This document shows, piece by piece, positions 18,796 to 28,366 of a DNA stretch of 43,124 nt. Every line of letters starts with the position of its first letter. Within the stretch, counting starts at the first letter, position 1. A program made the position numbers and the translations under genes. Below the pieces are notes generated by a model that saw only the letters and a list, made by a program, of their open reading frames with translations, searched no databases and had not been told where the DNA came from. Source of the stretch: Bacteroidota bacterium (GTDB taxonomy: Bacteria; Bacteroidota; Bacteroidia; Bacteroidales; Prolixibacteraceae); NCBI GenBank assembly GCA_023393265.1, contig JAEWME010000188.1:1-43124 (forward strand), read 5' to 3'.

Positions 18796-18803
18796 CAAAA
18801 GTA
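18796..18803 (-). promoter_or_regulatory. -7 promoter element of the nqr operon
   Basis: TACTTTTG (TAnnTTTG) on the minus strand, 34 bp upstream of the nqrA ATG. Confidence 0.65.
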
Positions 18804-18878
18804 AAGAATTTAAAATCTTTTCACAATCTTTGTTTGGCAAACTTGGGCGGTTTGAAATAATCGGAGCCTTCCTGACGT

Positions 18879-18892
18879 TTGATATAAATCAA
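18879..18892. promoter_or_regulatory. Crp/Fnr-type box
   Basis: TTGAT-ATAA-ATCAA, an exact match to the FNR consensus, in the divergent nqrA/plug intergenic region. Confidence 0.5.
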
Positions 18893-18956
18893 CTCCGATG
18901 TTGGTCTTTAAATTTCAGGTTGCATTTGCAACTTTTTGTAAAAAATCAGGCGTGCA

Positions 18957-20249
18957 ATGAATCATAAAAATGCTTTTTTCTTCACCTTTTTGCATATTAT
19001 TTTAACGTTAAATTCCCCGGCCTCCCCAAATGCTGATCAGTTTTATTATCAGAATGCCGTTTACCACGACGAGATCAAGTCTGTTCAGCTTTTCAGAGAA
19101 GGGAATGAGTTGTCGAACCCCGTAATTGAATTAAGCAGTGATGCCACTTTGGTGCTTAAATTTGACGATCTTTCGGAAGATGCAAAAGACTATTCGTACA
19201 CACTGATACACTGCGACGAAAACTGGAATGAATCGTATCTTCAGCAAAGCGAATATTTGGAAGGATTTCCGGATAATCCGATCAGCGATTATGCCCTCAG
19301 TTTCAATACAACCATCAAGTACGTCAACTACCAGTTGCGAATTCCAAACGAAGATTGCAAGCCAAAATATTCGGGCAATTATGCCCTGGTTGTTTTCGAG
19401 GATAAAAACCGCGAGAATCTGGTGCTGATCCAGCGCTTTTATGTTGTCGAACCACTGGTTCGGATCGACGGGCAGGTTAAAAAAGCGACATTCGACCCTT
19501 TCAATGGCGAAAATCAGGAAGTAGATTTTAAATTGACCAATCAGCAACTCCGGATTTTAAATCCTTCGGAAGACATTAAGGTTGTGCTGATGCAAAACCG
19601 GCGATGGGACAATGCCGTGCGAAACCTGAAGCCCAGTTCTATTCAGGATAATGTTTTTACGTACGACTACAGCAAAGAGAATGTTTTCCCGGGCGGAAAC
19701 GAATTCCGGTATTTCGATATCCGGACCAAACGGTACAATGGCGAAAATGTCGATCGTATCCAGTTTATCAGGCCGTATTATCATGTCAGTTTGCTGCCTG
19801 ATGGCGTCCGCAAAAACAAAGACTACCGCCTTTACAAAGAGATGAATGGCAACTTCGTCATCGAAAGCCAGGACCGGGTGACCGATTACGACACGGAGTG
19901 CGATTACATGTTTGTGCATTTCTTTTTGCCGCTGGAAAGTCAACTGACTGGTGGAACGGTGAACGTTTTTGGTGCGCTGACTGGCTGGAATGTTAACAAA
20001 TCGAACGAGATGCATTGGAGTTACGAGAATGCCGGCTACGAATTATCCATGTTGCTCAAACAGGGATATTATAATTTCGAGTATGTGTATGTGCCGGCTG
20101 GTGCAAAAAAAGCCGATGCCGAAAACCTGGAAGGGTCATTTTTTGTAACCGAAAACGAATATGAGATTTTTGTTTATTACCGCGATGTAGCAAGCCGGTA
20201 TGTGAGGTTGGTTGGCTTCCAGCTTATCAATTCAGCAGTGAAAAATTAG
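18957..20249 (+). CDS. DUF5103-domain protein (type IX secretion system plug-like)
   Basis: Signal peptide; LKFDDL...YTLIHCDENW, SFNTTIKYVNY, SGNY, FPGGNEFRYFD, LLKQGYYNFEY, TENEY. Confidence 0.82.
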   Translation: MNHKNAFFFTFLHIILTLNSPASPNADQFYYQNAVYHDEIKSVQLFREGNELSNPVIELSSDATLVLKFDDLSEDAKDYSYTLIHCDENWNESYLQQSEYLEGFPDNPISDYALSFNTTIKYVNYQLRIPNEDCKPKYSGNYALVVFEDKNRENLVLIQRFYVVEPLVRIDGQVKKATFDPFNGENQEVDFKLTNQQLRILNPSEDIKVVLMQNRRWDNAVRNLKPSSIQDNVFTYDYSKENVFPGGNEFRYFDIRTKRYNGENVDRIQFIRPYYHVSLLPDGVRKNKDYRLYKEMNGNFVIESQDRVTDYDTECDYMFVHFFLPLESQLTGGTVNVFGALTGWNVNKSNEMHWSYENAGYELSMLLKQGYYNFEYVYVPAGAKKADAENLEGSFFVTENEYEIFVYYRDVASRYVRLVGFQLINSAVKN

Positions 20250-20356
20250 TCGGGCTTCTCCTTCCTGAAATACGCCAATGATTCAGGATAATACGGAAAT
20301 AACTTTATAGAAAATGCGGAGGAATCACAACCTGAAAATGCCGGGATTACCGATTC

Positions 20357-22441
20357 TTAACGAACGATTTTGAGTGGACTTTCTTCGCGTACGAATGGAA
20401 TTGTGAAAGAGAAAACAGATCCGACGCCAACTTTCGAGTTAACCTCTAATTGGCCGCCAAGCAGGCGGACATAATGCTGGGCGATAGAAAGGCCAAGCCC
20501 GGTGCCTTCGTATGCACGAATTGTCCGGTTGTCGAGTTGATGGAAACGTTCGAAAATCTTTTCCCAGTCGCTTTCGGCAATACCAATTCCGGTGTCACGC
20601 ACAAAGAAACGAACCATGTTCACTTCAAGCTTGTACCCAAATTCAACTTCGCCACGCTCGGTAAACTTAATCCCATTATCGATCATTTTCTGCAGCACCG
20701 ATTCCAGCAAAACGGGATCGGTAGTAACCGCAAATTTTGGGTTCGAGTTTTCGCAACTAACTTTCAGGACCACTTCTTTTTTGTCTTCCACCTCGTAGCT
20801 GAATTCTCTGTAAAGCGCGACCATCAAATCATTCACTTTACAGAGTCCTTTCTTCACCACGAGCGTGTTGCTTTCAATTTTTGAAAGGCTGATCATGTCG
20901 TTGATCAGGTTAAGCAAAAGTTTGCCATTCGAGATAATGATTTCGACAAATTTGCTTTTCTCATCGTCGTCAAAGTCGGGCGAACCAACCATTTTGGAGA
21001 AGCCAATGATGGCATTCATCGGGGTGCGTATCTCGTGCGAAATGTTGGCGAGGAAAGCAGTTTTCAGCCTGTCAGATTCTTCTGCTTTTATTTTCGCTTC
21101 TTCCATCTGAATTTCGGCAAGTTTGCGCTTGGTAATGTCGCGTGCCAATGATATGACTGAGCTGTCGTTCAGGCGGACAATGCGCATCTCGAATAAAGCT
21201 GAAGTATTTTCCATGTCGAGCGAGTATTCGATGGTTTCAATGGAGTCGAACTCGATACAATTCTGGATGCACTGGTAAATTTTGTTCGACATTTTTTCGG
21301 AGAAGCCCACTTCAAAAATAGAATTGCCAATAATGTCTTCTGGTTTGATTTTCAGTCCTTCCGAAGCTTTAAATACGAAGTCGACATAAATCCCTTCTTT
21401 GTCGATGATGAAAAATAAATCGGGAATTGCTTCGAGCAAAACCTGGTAGCGCTGCTTGTTTTCTTCCAATTCAACGATTTTTTTCTGAAGCAGCGAAACA
21501 TCGGAGAAAAGCGTTATGATCAGGTCGTTGGATATTTTAAAAGAGTCTGCCTCGAAATAGCGGTTCAGGTGGTCGAGGTAGAAAGAAAAATGAGAGTTTT
21601 TCGATTTCAGGTAATAGCCGTTCCAGTCGAAGGTTCCCCTGAAAATTTTGGGTAAAACAACATCGGCCGATTGATCTTTCAATTCTCTGGAAGTAATTTT
21701 AAACAGCCTTTCGAATGCCATATTTGTGCGACGGACGACCAGATGGGTTGGTGTGTCAAATTCGTCGCGTGCAATTTCGAGCAGCATCATTCCCTGCGGT
21801 AAATTCCTGACCCCTTGTGTGACCATGTTTTCATTGTCGAGCAGTTTTTCGCTTAAATGGTCAATGGTGTTTTGGGCATTTAACGCCGCAAACATGGCAA
21901 GTCCAAAAAAGGCAGTAAGCGTGATCAGTGGATTGAGGGCAAATGTTTCACTTTCCCATTTTAACTCGAAACTCTGGCCAATATATCCTGATAAATAAAA
22001 ATGAAGCAAAAGCGTGGTCGCGGAAAGTCCGTAGAAAATCGGAAGGTCTTTTTTGTTGTCACCAAAAATCAGGAAAAAAAACAGAAAAGGAATCAATGTC
22101 CAGAGCGTATGCGAGATGGTTTGTCCGTTTGGAAAAATGGCGAACGAATTCGATATAAAAAAGAAATAGGGAATAAAAGGCACGAGATGAAAAATGCGGA
22201 TTGCCCAGCTTATCCGAACATTCAGTAATCCATAAAGTGACAGTCCAAAAATAATCAAGATGGAGACATCTCCGGGGAGGCATTCATCCATCGATGAGCC
22301 CGACATGTCTTTGATAAACAGCACCAATCCGAGAAATAAACCGATCAGGATAAATGCATAAAGACCCAGAATTTTCAGGACATCTCCTCTGGTTTCGGTG
22401 TGATAGTGGCCGGCTAACGACTTTTTAAGTGATTCAAGCAT
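20357..22441 (-). CDS. Membrane PAS-domain sensor histidine kinase (orphan)
   Basis: N-terminal TM bundle, PAS-like segment ending ARDITKRK, FLANISHEIRTPMN, DTGIGI, GTGLGLSI. Confidence 0.93.
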   Translation of the reverse strand: MLESLKKSLAGHYHTETRGDVLKILGLYAFILIGLFLGLVLFIKDMSGSSMDECLPGDVSILIIFGLSLYGLLNVRISWAIRIFHLVPFIPYFFFISNSFAIFPNGQTISHTLWTLIPFLFFFLIFGDNKKDLPIFYGLSATTLLLHFYLSGYIGQSFELKWESETFALNPLITLTAFFGLAMFAALNAQNTIDHLSEKLLDNENMVTQGVRNLPQGMMLLEIARDEFDTPTHLVVRRTNMAFERLFKITSRELKDQSADVVLPKIFRGTFDWNGYYLKSKNSHFSFYLDHLNRYFEADSFKISNDLIITLFSDVSLLQKKIVELEENKQRYQVLLEAIPDLFFIIDKEGIYVDFVFKASEGLKIKPEDIIGNSIFEVGFSEKMSNKIYQCIQNCIEFDSIETIEYSLDMENTSALFEMRIVRLNDSSVISLARDITKRKLAEIQMEEAKIKAEESDRLKTAFLANISHEIRTPMNAIIGFSKMVGSPDFDDDEKSKFVEIIISNGKLLLNLINDMISLSKIESNTLVVKKGLCKVNDLMVALYREFSYEVEDKKEVVLKVSCENSNPKFAVTTDPVLLESVLQKMIDNGIKFTERGEVEFGYKLEVNMVRFFVRDTGIGIAESDWEKIFERFHQLDNRTIRAYEGTGLGLSIAQHYVRLLGGQLEVNSKVGVGSVFSFTIPFVREESPLKIVR

Positions 22442-22568
22442 GAATGTGCTTCAAAATTCGATTTACGAGGGACTAAATATAGTAAAATTTGATAATTGCA
22501 AACGGATGGCATTTTATGTTGAAAATTGAAAGGTGATATTTATTAGGATTTAAGCTATCCTGAAAATA

Positions 22569-22576
22569 TAGCTTTG
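22569..22576 (+). promoter_or_regulatory. -7 promoter element of pruA
   Basis: TAGCTTTG, 41 bp upstream of the ATG. Confidence 0.6.
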
Positions 22577-22617
22577 CAGAAATTGGAATACATCAATAAA
22601 AAATAAGGAATAAAATC

Positions 22618-24255
22618 ATGTCGATAGGTTTTTTTAATATTCCGGATGTGAAGAATGAGCCGGTCAAAAGTTATGCACCAGGTTCCCCGGAAAGAAAAGA
22701 ATTACAAAAGATGCTGGCCGAATTACGTTCGGTAGAAGTTGATATCCCAATGGTAATTGGAGGGAACGAGGTTACAACTGACAGGAGAGTCCGGATTTTT
22801 CCTCCGCATGAAATTAAACACACGCTTGGATATTATTACCAGGGCGACGCCTCTCATGTTCAGATGGCCATTGATGCAGCCATGCTGGCTAAAGAAAAAT
22901 GGAATGCCATGTCGTGGCAGCACCGTGCCGCCATTTTCCTGAAAGCCGCCGATTTGCTGGCTGGGCCTTACCGTGCCAAAATGAATGCAGCGACCATGCT
23001 CGGTCAGTCGAAAAATGCTTTTCAGGCGGAAATTGACGCTGCTTGCGAGTTGGCAGATTTTTTCCGGTTTGGTGTTCGCTGCGTAACCGATATTTACAAA
23101 ATGCAGCCAGAGTCGGCTCCCGGAATCTGGAATTACAATGAATTCCGTGCGTTGGAGGGATTTGTTTTTGCCCTGACGCCGTTCAATTTTACCTCGATTG
23201 CTGGAAACCTGCCCGCAGCCCCGGCCATGTTGGGGAATGTGGTTGTTTGGAAACCTTCGAAAACAGCCATTTATTCGGCCGGGGTAATCATGGAAATTTT
23301 CCGTGAAGCCGGACTGCCCGATGGTGTTATCAACCTCGTTTTTGCAGGTGGCCCAACGGCCGCAGACGTCGTTCTTCAGTCGCCCGATTTTGCAGGGATT
23401 CATTTCACCGGATCAACCGGCGTTTTCCAAAGCATCTGGAAAACCATCGGTGAAAATATTTATAAGTACAAATCGTATCCGCGCATCGTGGGCGAAACCG
23501 GTGGTAAAGACTTTGTTTTTGCCGACCCGACAGCCGATCCTCAATCGGTGGCAATTGCACTGCTGCGTGGCGCTTTCGAATACCAGGGACAGAAATGTTC
23601 AGCAGCTTCCCGTGCTTACATTCCGCAGAGTATATGGGATGAAGTGCGCGAGCGACTTGGCAGGGAACTGGCAACTGTAAAAATGGGCCCGCCCGAAGAT
23701 TTTACCAATTTTGTGAATGCAGTGATCGACGAAGCTTCGTTCGACAAGCTAAGCAGCTTCATCGAAGGCGCCCGCAAAGACGCTGATGCCGAAGTTCTTT
23801 TCGGCGGAAAATGCGATAAATCGGTTGGCTATTTCATCGAGCCAACGGTGATTTTGGCTAAAAAGCCCGACTATATTACGATGGTTGAAGAATTGTTTGG
23901 ACCAGTGCTCACAATTTTCGTTTATGAAGATGAAGACCTCGACAAAACACTTGACATTCTGGACAAAACTTCGATTTACGCGCTGACCGGAGCCATTTTC
24001 TCGCAGGACCGTTATAACATCGAAAAAATGACGAAGCGTCTGGAGAACTCGGCTGGCAACTTCTATATCAACGACAAGCCGACGGGAGCTGTGGTTGGTC
24101 AGCAGCCATTTGGCGGTGCACGTGGATCGGGCACCAACGACAAAGCCGGTTCGATCTTCAACTTCCTGCGCTGGACGTCAATCCGGACGATTAAGGAAAA
24201 TTTCGTGTCACCAAAAAATTATACGTATCCGAACTTCCAACCTGATCAGGAATAG
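22618..24255 (+). CDS. pruA: L-glutamate gamma-semialdehyde (P5C) dehydrogenase
   Basis: NEPVKSYAPGSPE, PFNFTSIAGNL, GETGGKDF, FEYQGQKCSA, GQQPFGGARGSGTNDKAG. Confidence 0.96.
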   Translation: MSIGFFNIPDVKNEPVKSYAPGSPERKELQKMLAELRSVEVDIPMVIGGNEVTTDRRVRIFPPHEIKHTLGYYYQGDASHVQMAIDAAMLAKEKWNAMSWQHRAAIFLKAADLLAGPYRAKMNAATMLGQSKNAFQAEIDAACELADFFRFGVRCVTDIYKMQPESAPGIWNYNEFRALEGFVFALTPFNFTSIAGNLPAAPAMLGNVVVWKPSKTAIYSAGVIMEIFREAGLPDGVINLVFAGGPTAADVVLQSPDFAGIHFTGSTGVFQSIWKTIGENIYKYKSYPRIVGETGGKDFVFADPTADPQSVAIALLRGAFEYQGQKCSAASRAYIPQSIWDEVRERLGRELATVKMGPPEDFTNFVNAVIDEASFDKLSSFIEGARKDADAEVLFGGKCDKSVGYFIEPTVILAKKPDYITMVEELFGPVLTIFVYEDEDLDKTLDILDKTSIYALTGAIFSQDRYNIEKMTKRLENSAGNFYINDKPTGAVVGQQPFGGARGSGTNDKAGSIFNFLRWTSIRTIKENFVSPKNYTYPNFQPDQE

Positions 24256-24273
24256 TGAGGACGAATTTTAAAG

Positions 24274-24307
24274 AAAAGGAGATGATTTTTTTCACCTCCT
24301 TTTTTTT
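24274..24307 (+). terminator. Terminator after pruA
   Basis: AAAAGGAGATGA-N6-TCACCTCC followed by a T-run. Confidence 0.7.
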
Positions 24308-24345
24308 GTGCCCGGAAAATTCTACTTTTGTTCAAAATCAGTGCG

Positions 24346-24654
24346 ATGAACGCCAAAGAATTAGCCATTAAAATACTTTCTCCTATTTTTAGCAAGTACC
24401 TCATTGCCTTTGTGGCTTTTGTGGTCTGGATTGTATTTTTCGACGATAACAATTTGCGCCAACATCAGCAAAACCTGAAGGAACTGGCCATGCTTCAGGA
24501 GCAGGTTAATTTTTACAAGCAGAAAATAGAGGCCGACAAACGTAAACTCTACGAACTTCAGACCAACGACGAAAACCTCGAAAAATTTGCCCGCGAGCAG
24601 TTTTTTATGAAAAAGGCTGACGAGGATATTTTTGTGATAGTGGAGGAGAAATGA
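24346..24654 (+). CDS. FtsB/DivIC-family septum formation initiator
   Basis: TM segment ending FFDDN, coiled coil, LEKFAREQFFMKKADEDIF. The -7 element TACTTTTG at 24323-24330 supports ATG 24346. Confidence 0.9.
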   Translation: MNAKELAIKILSPIFSKYLIAFVAFVVWIVFFDDNNLRQHQQNLKELAMLQEQVNFYKQKIEADKRKLYELQTNDENLEKFAREQFFMKKADEDIFVIVEEK

Positions 24655-24839
24655 GAATTTCTGATGGTTTAATCCTTATTTTGTTCTTTTAGCAGGGTTT
24701 TAACCTGTTCGGTTTTGTCGCTTTTCGCATCTGTTAATTCCCTATTATTCAATTTTTTCTGACTGTTTTTTAGTCGAAATGAAAAAATTCTTTGATTGCT
24801 TTCAGAGAATTGTTATATTTCTAAAGCAAAGTTCGACAG

Positions 24840-25430
24840 ATGAAACTGAATACAAACATATTCCGGATCGAAACCAACCACGTTGCACCCCAGCAGGGTC
24901 ACGTTCTGATTGCCGAACCTTTTTTGGCCGGAAGCTATTTCAACCGTTCCATCATAATTTTGGCATCCTGCTCCGAAGAAGGTGCCGTTGGTTTTATCCT
25001 GAATAAAAAAGTCGATTTTCCGGTAGAAGATTTGTTTGTCGATTTTCCTGACTTCGACGCGGAGATACACATTGGCGGACCGGTTGGCACCGATTCAATT
25101 TATTTTATTCACAGTTTGGGAGATACGATTCCCGGCAGTAAACTGATAAAAGAAAACCTTTATTGGGGCGGCAATTTTGATGTGCTCAAACTGAAAATTA
25201 AACTCGGATTGGTAGAATCGCACCAGGTTCGCTTTTTTCTGGGCTATTCGGGTTGGGATGCCGGTCAGCTCGATGAGGAAATCATGGAAAATTCGTGGCT
25301 GGTTGCTGATATTCCGCAAGCCGATCTGATGACTGCCGACGAAGACGAAATGTGGGTCGAATCGGTGAAAGCGATGGGCGGCAAATACTCGCTTTGGGAA
25401 AATTTTCCTGAAAATCCTTCGCTTAACTAA
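24840..25430 (+). CDS. YqgE/AlgH-family protein
   Basis: LIAEPFL...FNRS, GFILNK, GGPV, FFLGYSGWDAGQL, PENPSLN. Confidence 0.93.
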   Translation: MKLNTNIFRIETNHVAPQQGHVLIAEPFLAGSYFNRSIIILASCSEEGAVGFILNKKVDFPVEDLFVDFPDFDAEIHIGGPVGTDSIYFIHSLGDTIPGSKLIKENLYWGGNFDVLKLKIKLGLVESHQVRFFLGYSGWDAGQLDEEIMENSWLVADIPQADLMTADEDEMWVESVKAMGGKYSLWENFPENPSLN

Positions 25431-26247
25431 CAGCAAGTTGTCCGAAAAGGCTTTGCACTTTTTTGATGATGGTGTTGAAATACCTTTTCCCTGAATAACC
25501 GGCCACCCAGCGGATTCCATCAACTGAATTTACCAGCATAATTTCTTCTGCGTTTTCCAAATCGGCGACGCTAATGCCTTCGTTATAGGTAATCTCCATT
25601 TTCATTTGCCTGAAAATCTTTACCATAACCGAACGGGTTACATCCAGGTATGCGCCGCACTCTCCGTTGGTAGCAATTACTTTGTTTCCTGAAATCAGGT
25701 AAATATTCGATTCCGGAGCTTCAATAATCAGGTCGTCAGTATTCATAATCAGCATTTCATCAATACCTTCCGGCTGTTGTGCCTGGGCCACTTTCCAAAA
25801 TAATTCCGATCCTGTTGTCAGGTTTGAAAGTGCAGAAACTGGTTTTTGAATTTTATCGAAAACATCGACATATATTCCTTTTTCATTCAGCGTGTAATCC
25901 GCAAATTCCAATTTTTCCGGCTGAATGGAATAATGAACTTTAGCGTTGCTTTGCCAAACAGATACAGTGAGGCAAGCGCCCATGAAAAATTTGTTTTTGG
26001 TCAGGGTTCGGCTCATCTGCCGGAGTAAACCGGCGCCGCTTCTTTCCGTGAATTCAGGAAATTCGAGATTAAAAACAACAAGTTTCAGCTTGAGCATTTC
26101 AAGCGATTCAGTAAAAAAGGGGAAAGATGTCCTGACGGCCCTGAATTTCTCCGTGAGGCGCAGGCTTTGAACATCGTTCAGTCCGAGCCTGAATTCTTCG
26201 GTTGGAACAAATGCTCCGTCATGCAATATGTATTTACCGGCACTCAT
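25423..26247 (-). CDS. Class IV PLP aminotransferase / PabC-like protein, apparently degenerate
   Basis: DEMLIMN...IIEAPESNIY, VTRSV, LENAEEIMLVNSVDGI; Thr at the expected catalytic Lys position. Confidence 0.78.
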   Translation of the reverse strand: MSAGKYILHDGAFVPTEEFRLGLNDVQSLRLTEKFRAVRTSFPFFTESLEMLKLKLVVFNLEFPEFTERSGAGLLRQMSRTLTKNKFFMGACLTVSVWQSNAKVHYSIQPEKLEFADYTLNEKGIYVDVFDKIQKPVSALSNLTTGSELFWKVAQAQQPEGIDEMLIMNTDDLIIEAPESNIYLISGNKVIATNGECGAYLDVTRSVMVKIFRQMKMEITYNEGISVADLENAEEIMLVNSVDGIRWVAGYSGKRYFNTIIKKVQSLFGQLAVS

Positions 26248-26735
26248 CCAATCAGGAACGAAATAAAAGGTTGCATGTTTTGGTTGGCATTAATTCGTAT
26301 GGCACCAACTCCAGCTAGTTTTGCCGCTTCCATGTCGCTTTCGCTGTCGCCGATCATAAACGACTTTTTGCTGTCGATCTGGTATTTGGCCATCAACTTG
26401 TCGAGCATCAGCGGCGATGGTTTTCGGCAAAGGCATTTTTCAATCTCCGGATGATGCGGACAATAAGCAATATCAACAATGTGAATGCCTTTCGATTCAA
26501 ATATCCTGATTAGTTGGTAGTGAAGACTTTCGGTGTCTTCCCGCGAGTAAAGTCCTTTGGCAATTCCGCCCTGGTTACTTACAATGAAAAGAGAAAATCC
26601 GGCTTTTGCAAGCTGCAACAGGTTTTCCGGTACACCATCAATCAAGTTCATTTGTTCAGTTTTCCAGATGTAGTAATGGTCGTGGTTGTTGATCAAAACT
26701 CCGTCGCGGTCCAGAAAAATGGCTTTTTCAATCAT
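26244..26735 (-). CDS. HAD-IIIA phosphatase, GmhB/HisB-N-like
   Basis: FLDRDGVL, VSNQGGIAKG, CPHHP...CLCRKP, MIGDSESD. Confidence 0.9.
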   Translation of the reverse strand: MIEKAIFLDRDGVLINNHDHYYIWKTEQMNLIDGVPENLLQLAKAGFSLFIVSNQGGIAKGLYSREDTESLHYQLIRIFESKGIHIVDIAYCPHHPEIEKCLCRKPSPLMLDKLMAKYQIDSKKSFMIGDSESDMEAAKLAGVGAIRINANQNMQPFISFLIG

Positions 26736-27340
26736 AACAGCCTGAAAAGTTTATCGAGGAAAAGTTCGAACAGGTCGGGATTGAGCAAAACCGGAAAGAT
26801 GAAACCGTACAAAGCGCCAAGAAAATGAGCGTCGTGCGCCACATTGTCGCTTTTTTTATGGCTCATCTGATACGAGTAGACCAGGTACAAAACAGCAAAC
26901 ACGATTCCCGGAATGGGTAAAATTCCGAAGAAGTAAATCATATTCCACGGATCGAAAAAAATGGAAGCGAATAATACCCCGGAAACCGCTCCGGAAGCTC
27001 CCACCGCGTTGTAGAAATAATTGTTGTAGTACTTGATCATGGCATAAATGTTCGAAGCAAGGATGCCGCCAAAGTACAGCAACAGGTAATAAACCAGTGC
27101 TTTATCGCCAAAGTACGACTTGAAGTAAACCTCGATGGCGCTACCAAAAGAATACAAAACAATCATGTTTACAATGAGGTGTTCCCAGTTTGCGTGCACA
27201 AAAGCATGGGTGATCAGGCGGTGAAACTCGTGGTTGTGGTAAATTTTGCTGGCATTGAACTGTAGTTTGCCCAGCAGGCTTTCTGAATTGAAAGCGGTCC
27301 ACGAAACGGCAACGGTTATGGCTATCAAAATAAGCGTCAT
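26732..27340 (-). CDS. Rhomboid-family intramembrane serine protease
   Basis: FVHANWEHLIVNM, GASG, AHDAHFLGALYG. Confidence 0.94.
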   Translation of the reverse strand: MTLILIAITVAVSWTAFNSESLLGKLQFNASKIYHNHEFHRLITHAFVHANWEHLIVNMIVLYSFGSAIEVYFKSYFGDKALVYYLLLYFGGILASNIYAMIKYYNNYFYNAVGASGAVSGVLFASIFFDPWNMIYFFGILPIPGIVFAVLYLVYSYQMSHKKSDNVAHDAHFLGALYGFIFPVLLNPDLFELFLDKLFRLL

Positions 27341-27352
27341 GCGTTGGTTGGA

Positions 27353-28351
27353 TTAATGCAGTATTCTGTAAATCATTTCTTTCTGAAGGTCAGCCGGCGA
27401 CGTGGAAACGTTTCCAAAACCTTTTGCCTTCATATCGTATTCGCGCAGTATGGCGACAATCTCGACCAATTTTTTGATGTTGTAGTTTTTAGCGGCCTGA
27501 ATATAGTCTTTTACAAAAAACGGGTGAACACCCAAAACCGAGGCGGCGTTGTTTTGAGATTTGTCTTCCAGAAAGTGGTAATTCAGGATTTTGGTGAAAT
27601 AGGTAAAGAGCGAAGAGATAACCTGTGGTGGCGTATTTCCCGAATTATTCGATCCGAAATAATTAATAATCCGGTTCGCTTTCAGCAGATCGCGCTGGCC
27701 AAGTGCATTCTGAAGCTCGAAAACATTAAATTCCTTACTGATCCCAATGTTTTTTTCTATTTGATCAGGCGTAATCTGTGAACCGGCAGGCAGCGAGATG
27801 ACAAGCTTGTCAAGTTCATTGGCCACCTTACTCAAGTCGGTGCCCAGGTATTCAGCCATCATGGCCGAGGCCTGTGGTGAAATGGTGTAATTTTGCCCTT
27901 TCAGGTACGAACTGATCCAAGCAGGTAGCTGATTGTCGTAGATTTTCTTCGACTCAAATAATACACCTTTCTGATCGAGCAACTTGGTGAAAGTCTTGCG
28001 TTTGTCGAGTGTTTTATATTTGTAGTTGATAACCAGTACCGTCGAATTCAGCGGATTTTTCACGTACGTTTCCAAATCCTCAATTTTCCTGATATTTTGG
28101 GCCTCGCGGACAATGATTACCTGGTAATTTGCCATCATCGGGAAACGCCGGGCATTGTTGATGATGGTCTCGGGCTCCAGATCTTTTCCGTACAAAACCG
28201 TTTGGTTGAATCCTTTTTCAGCTTCGGTGAGGACATTGTCGGCAATGTAATCGCTGATTTTGTCGATGAAATATGATTCTTCCCCCATCAGGAAATAAAT
28301 GGGATGGTAGATTTTCTTCTGCAGGTTACTGATTATCTCTTCAAAAGTCAT
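27353..28351 (-). CDS. holA: DNA polymerase III delta subunit
   Basis: PIYFLMGEESYFID, FNQTVLYGKD, ARRFPMMA, NELDKL, GISKEFNVFELQ. Confidence 0.95.
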   Translation of the reverse strand: MTFEEIISNLQKKIYHPIYFLMGEESYFIDKISDYIADNVLTEAEKGFNQTVLYGKDLEPETIINNARRFPMMANYQVIIVREAQNIRKIEDLETYVKNPLNSTVLVINYKYKTLDKRKTFTKLLDQKGVLFESKKIYDNQLPAWISSYLKGQNYTISPQASAMMAEYLGTDLSKVANELDKLVISLPAGSQITPDQIEKNIGISKEFNVFELQNALGQRDLLKANRIINYFGSNNSGNTPPQVISSLFTYFTKILNYHFLEDKSQNNAASVLGVHPFFVKDYIQAAKNYNIKKLVEIVAILREYDMKAKGFGNVSTSPADLQKEMIYRILH

Positions 28352-28366
28352 TGTTAGCCTGTCGGG

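Noticed and set aside
26244..26735. Assigning gmhB and an ADP-heptose pathway
   Set aside because: HAD-IIIA motifs are shared with histidinol phosphatases, and no gmhA or hldE is nearby to fix the substrate
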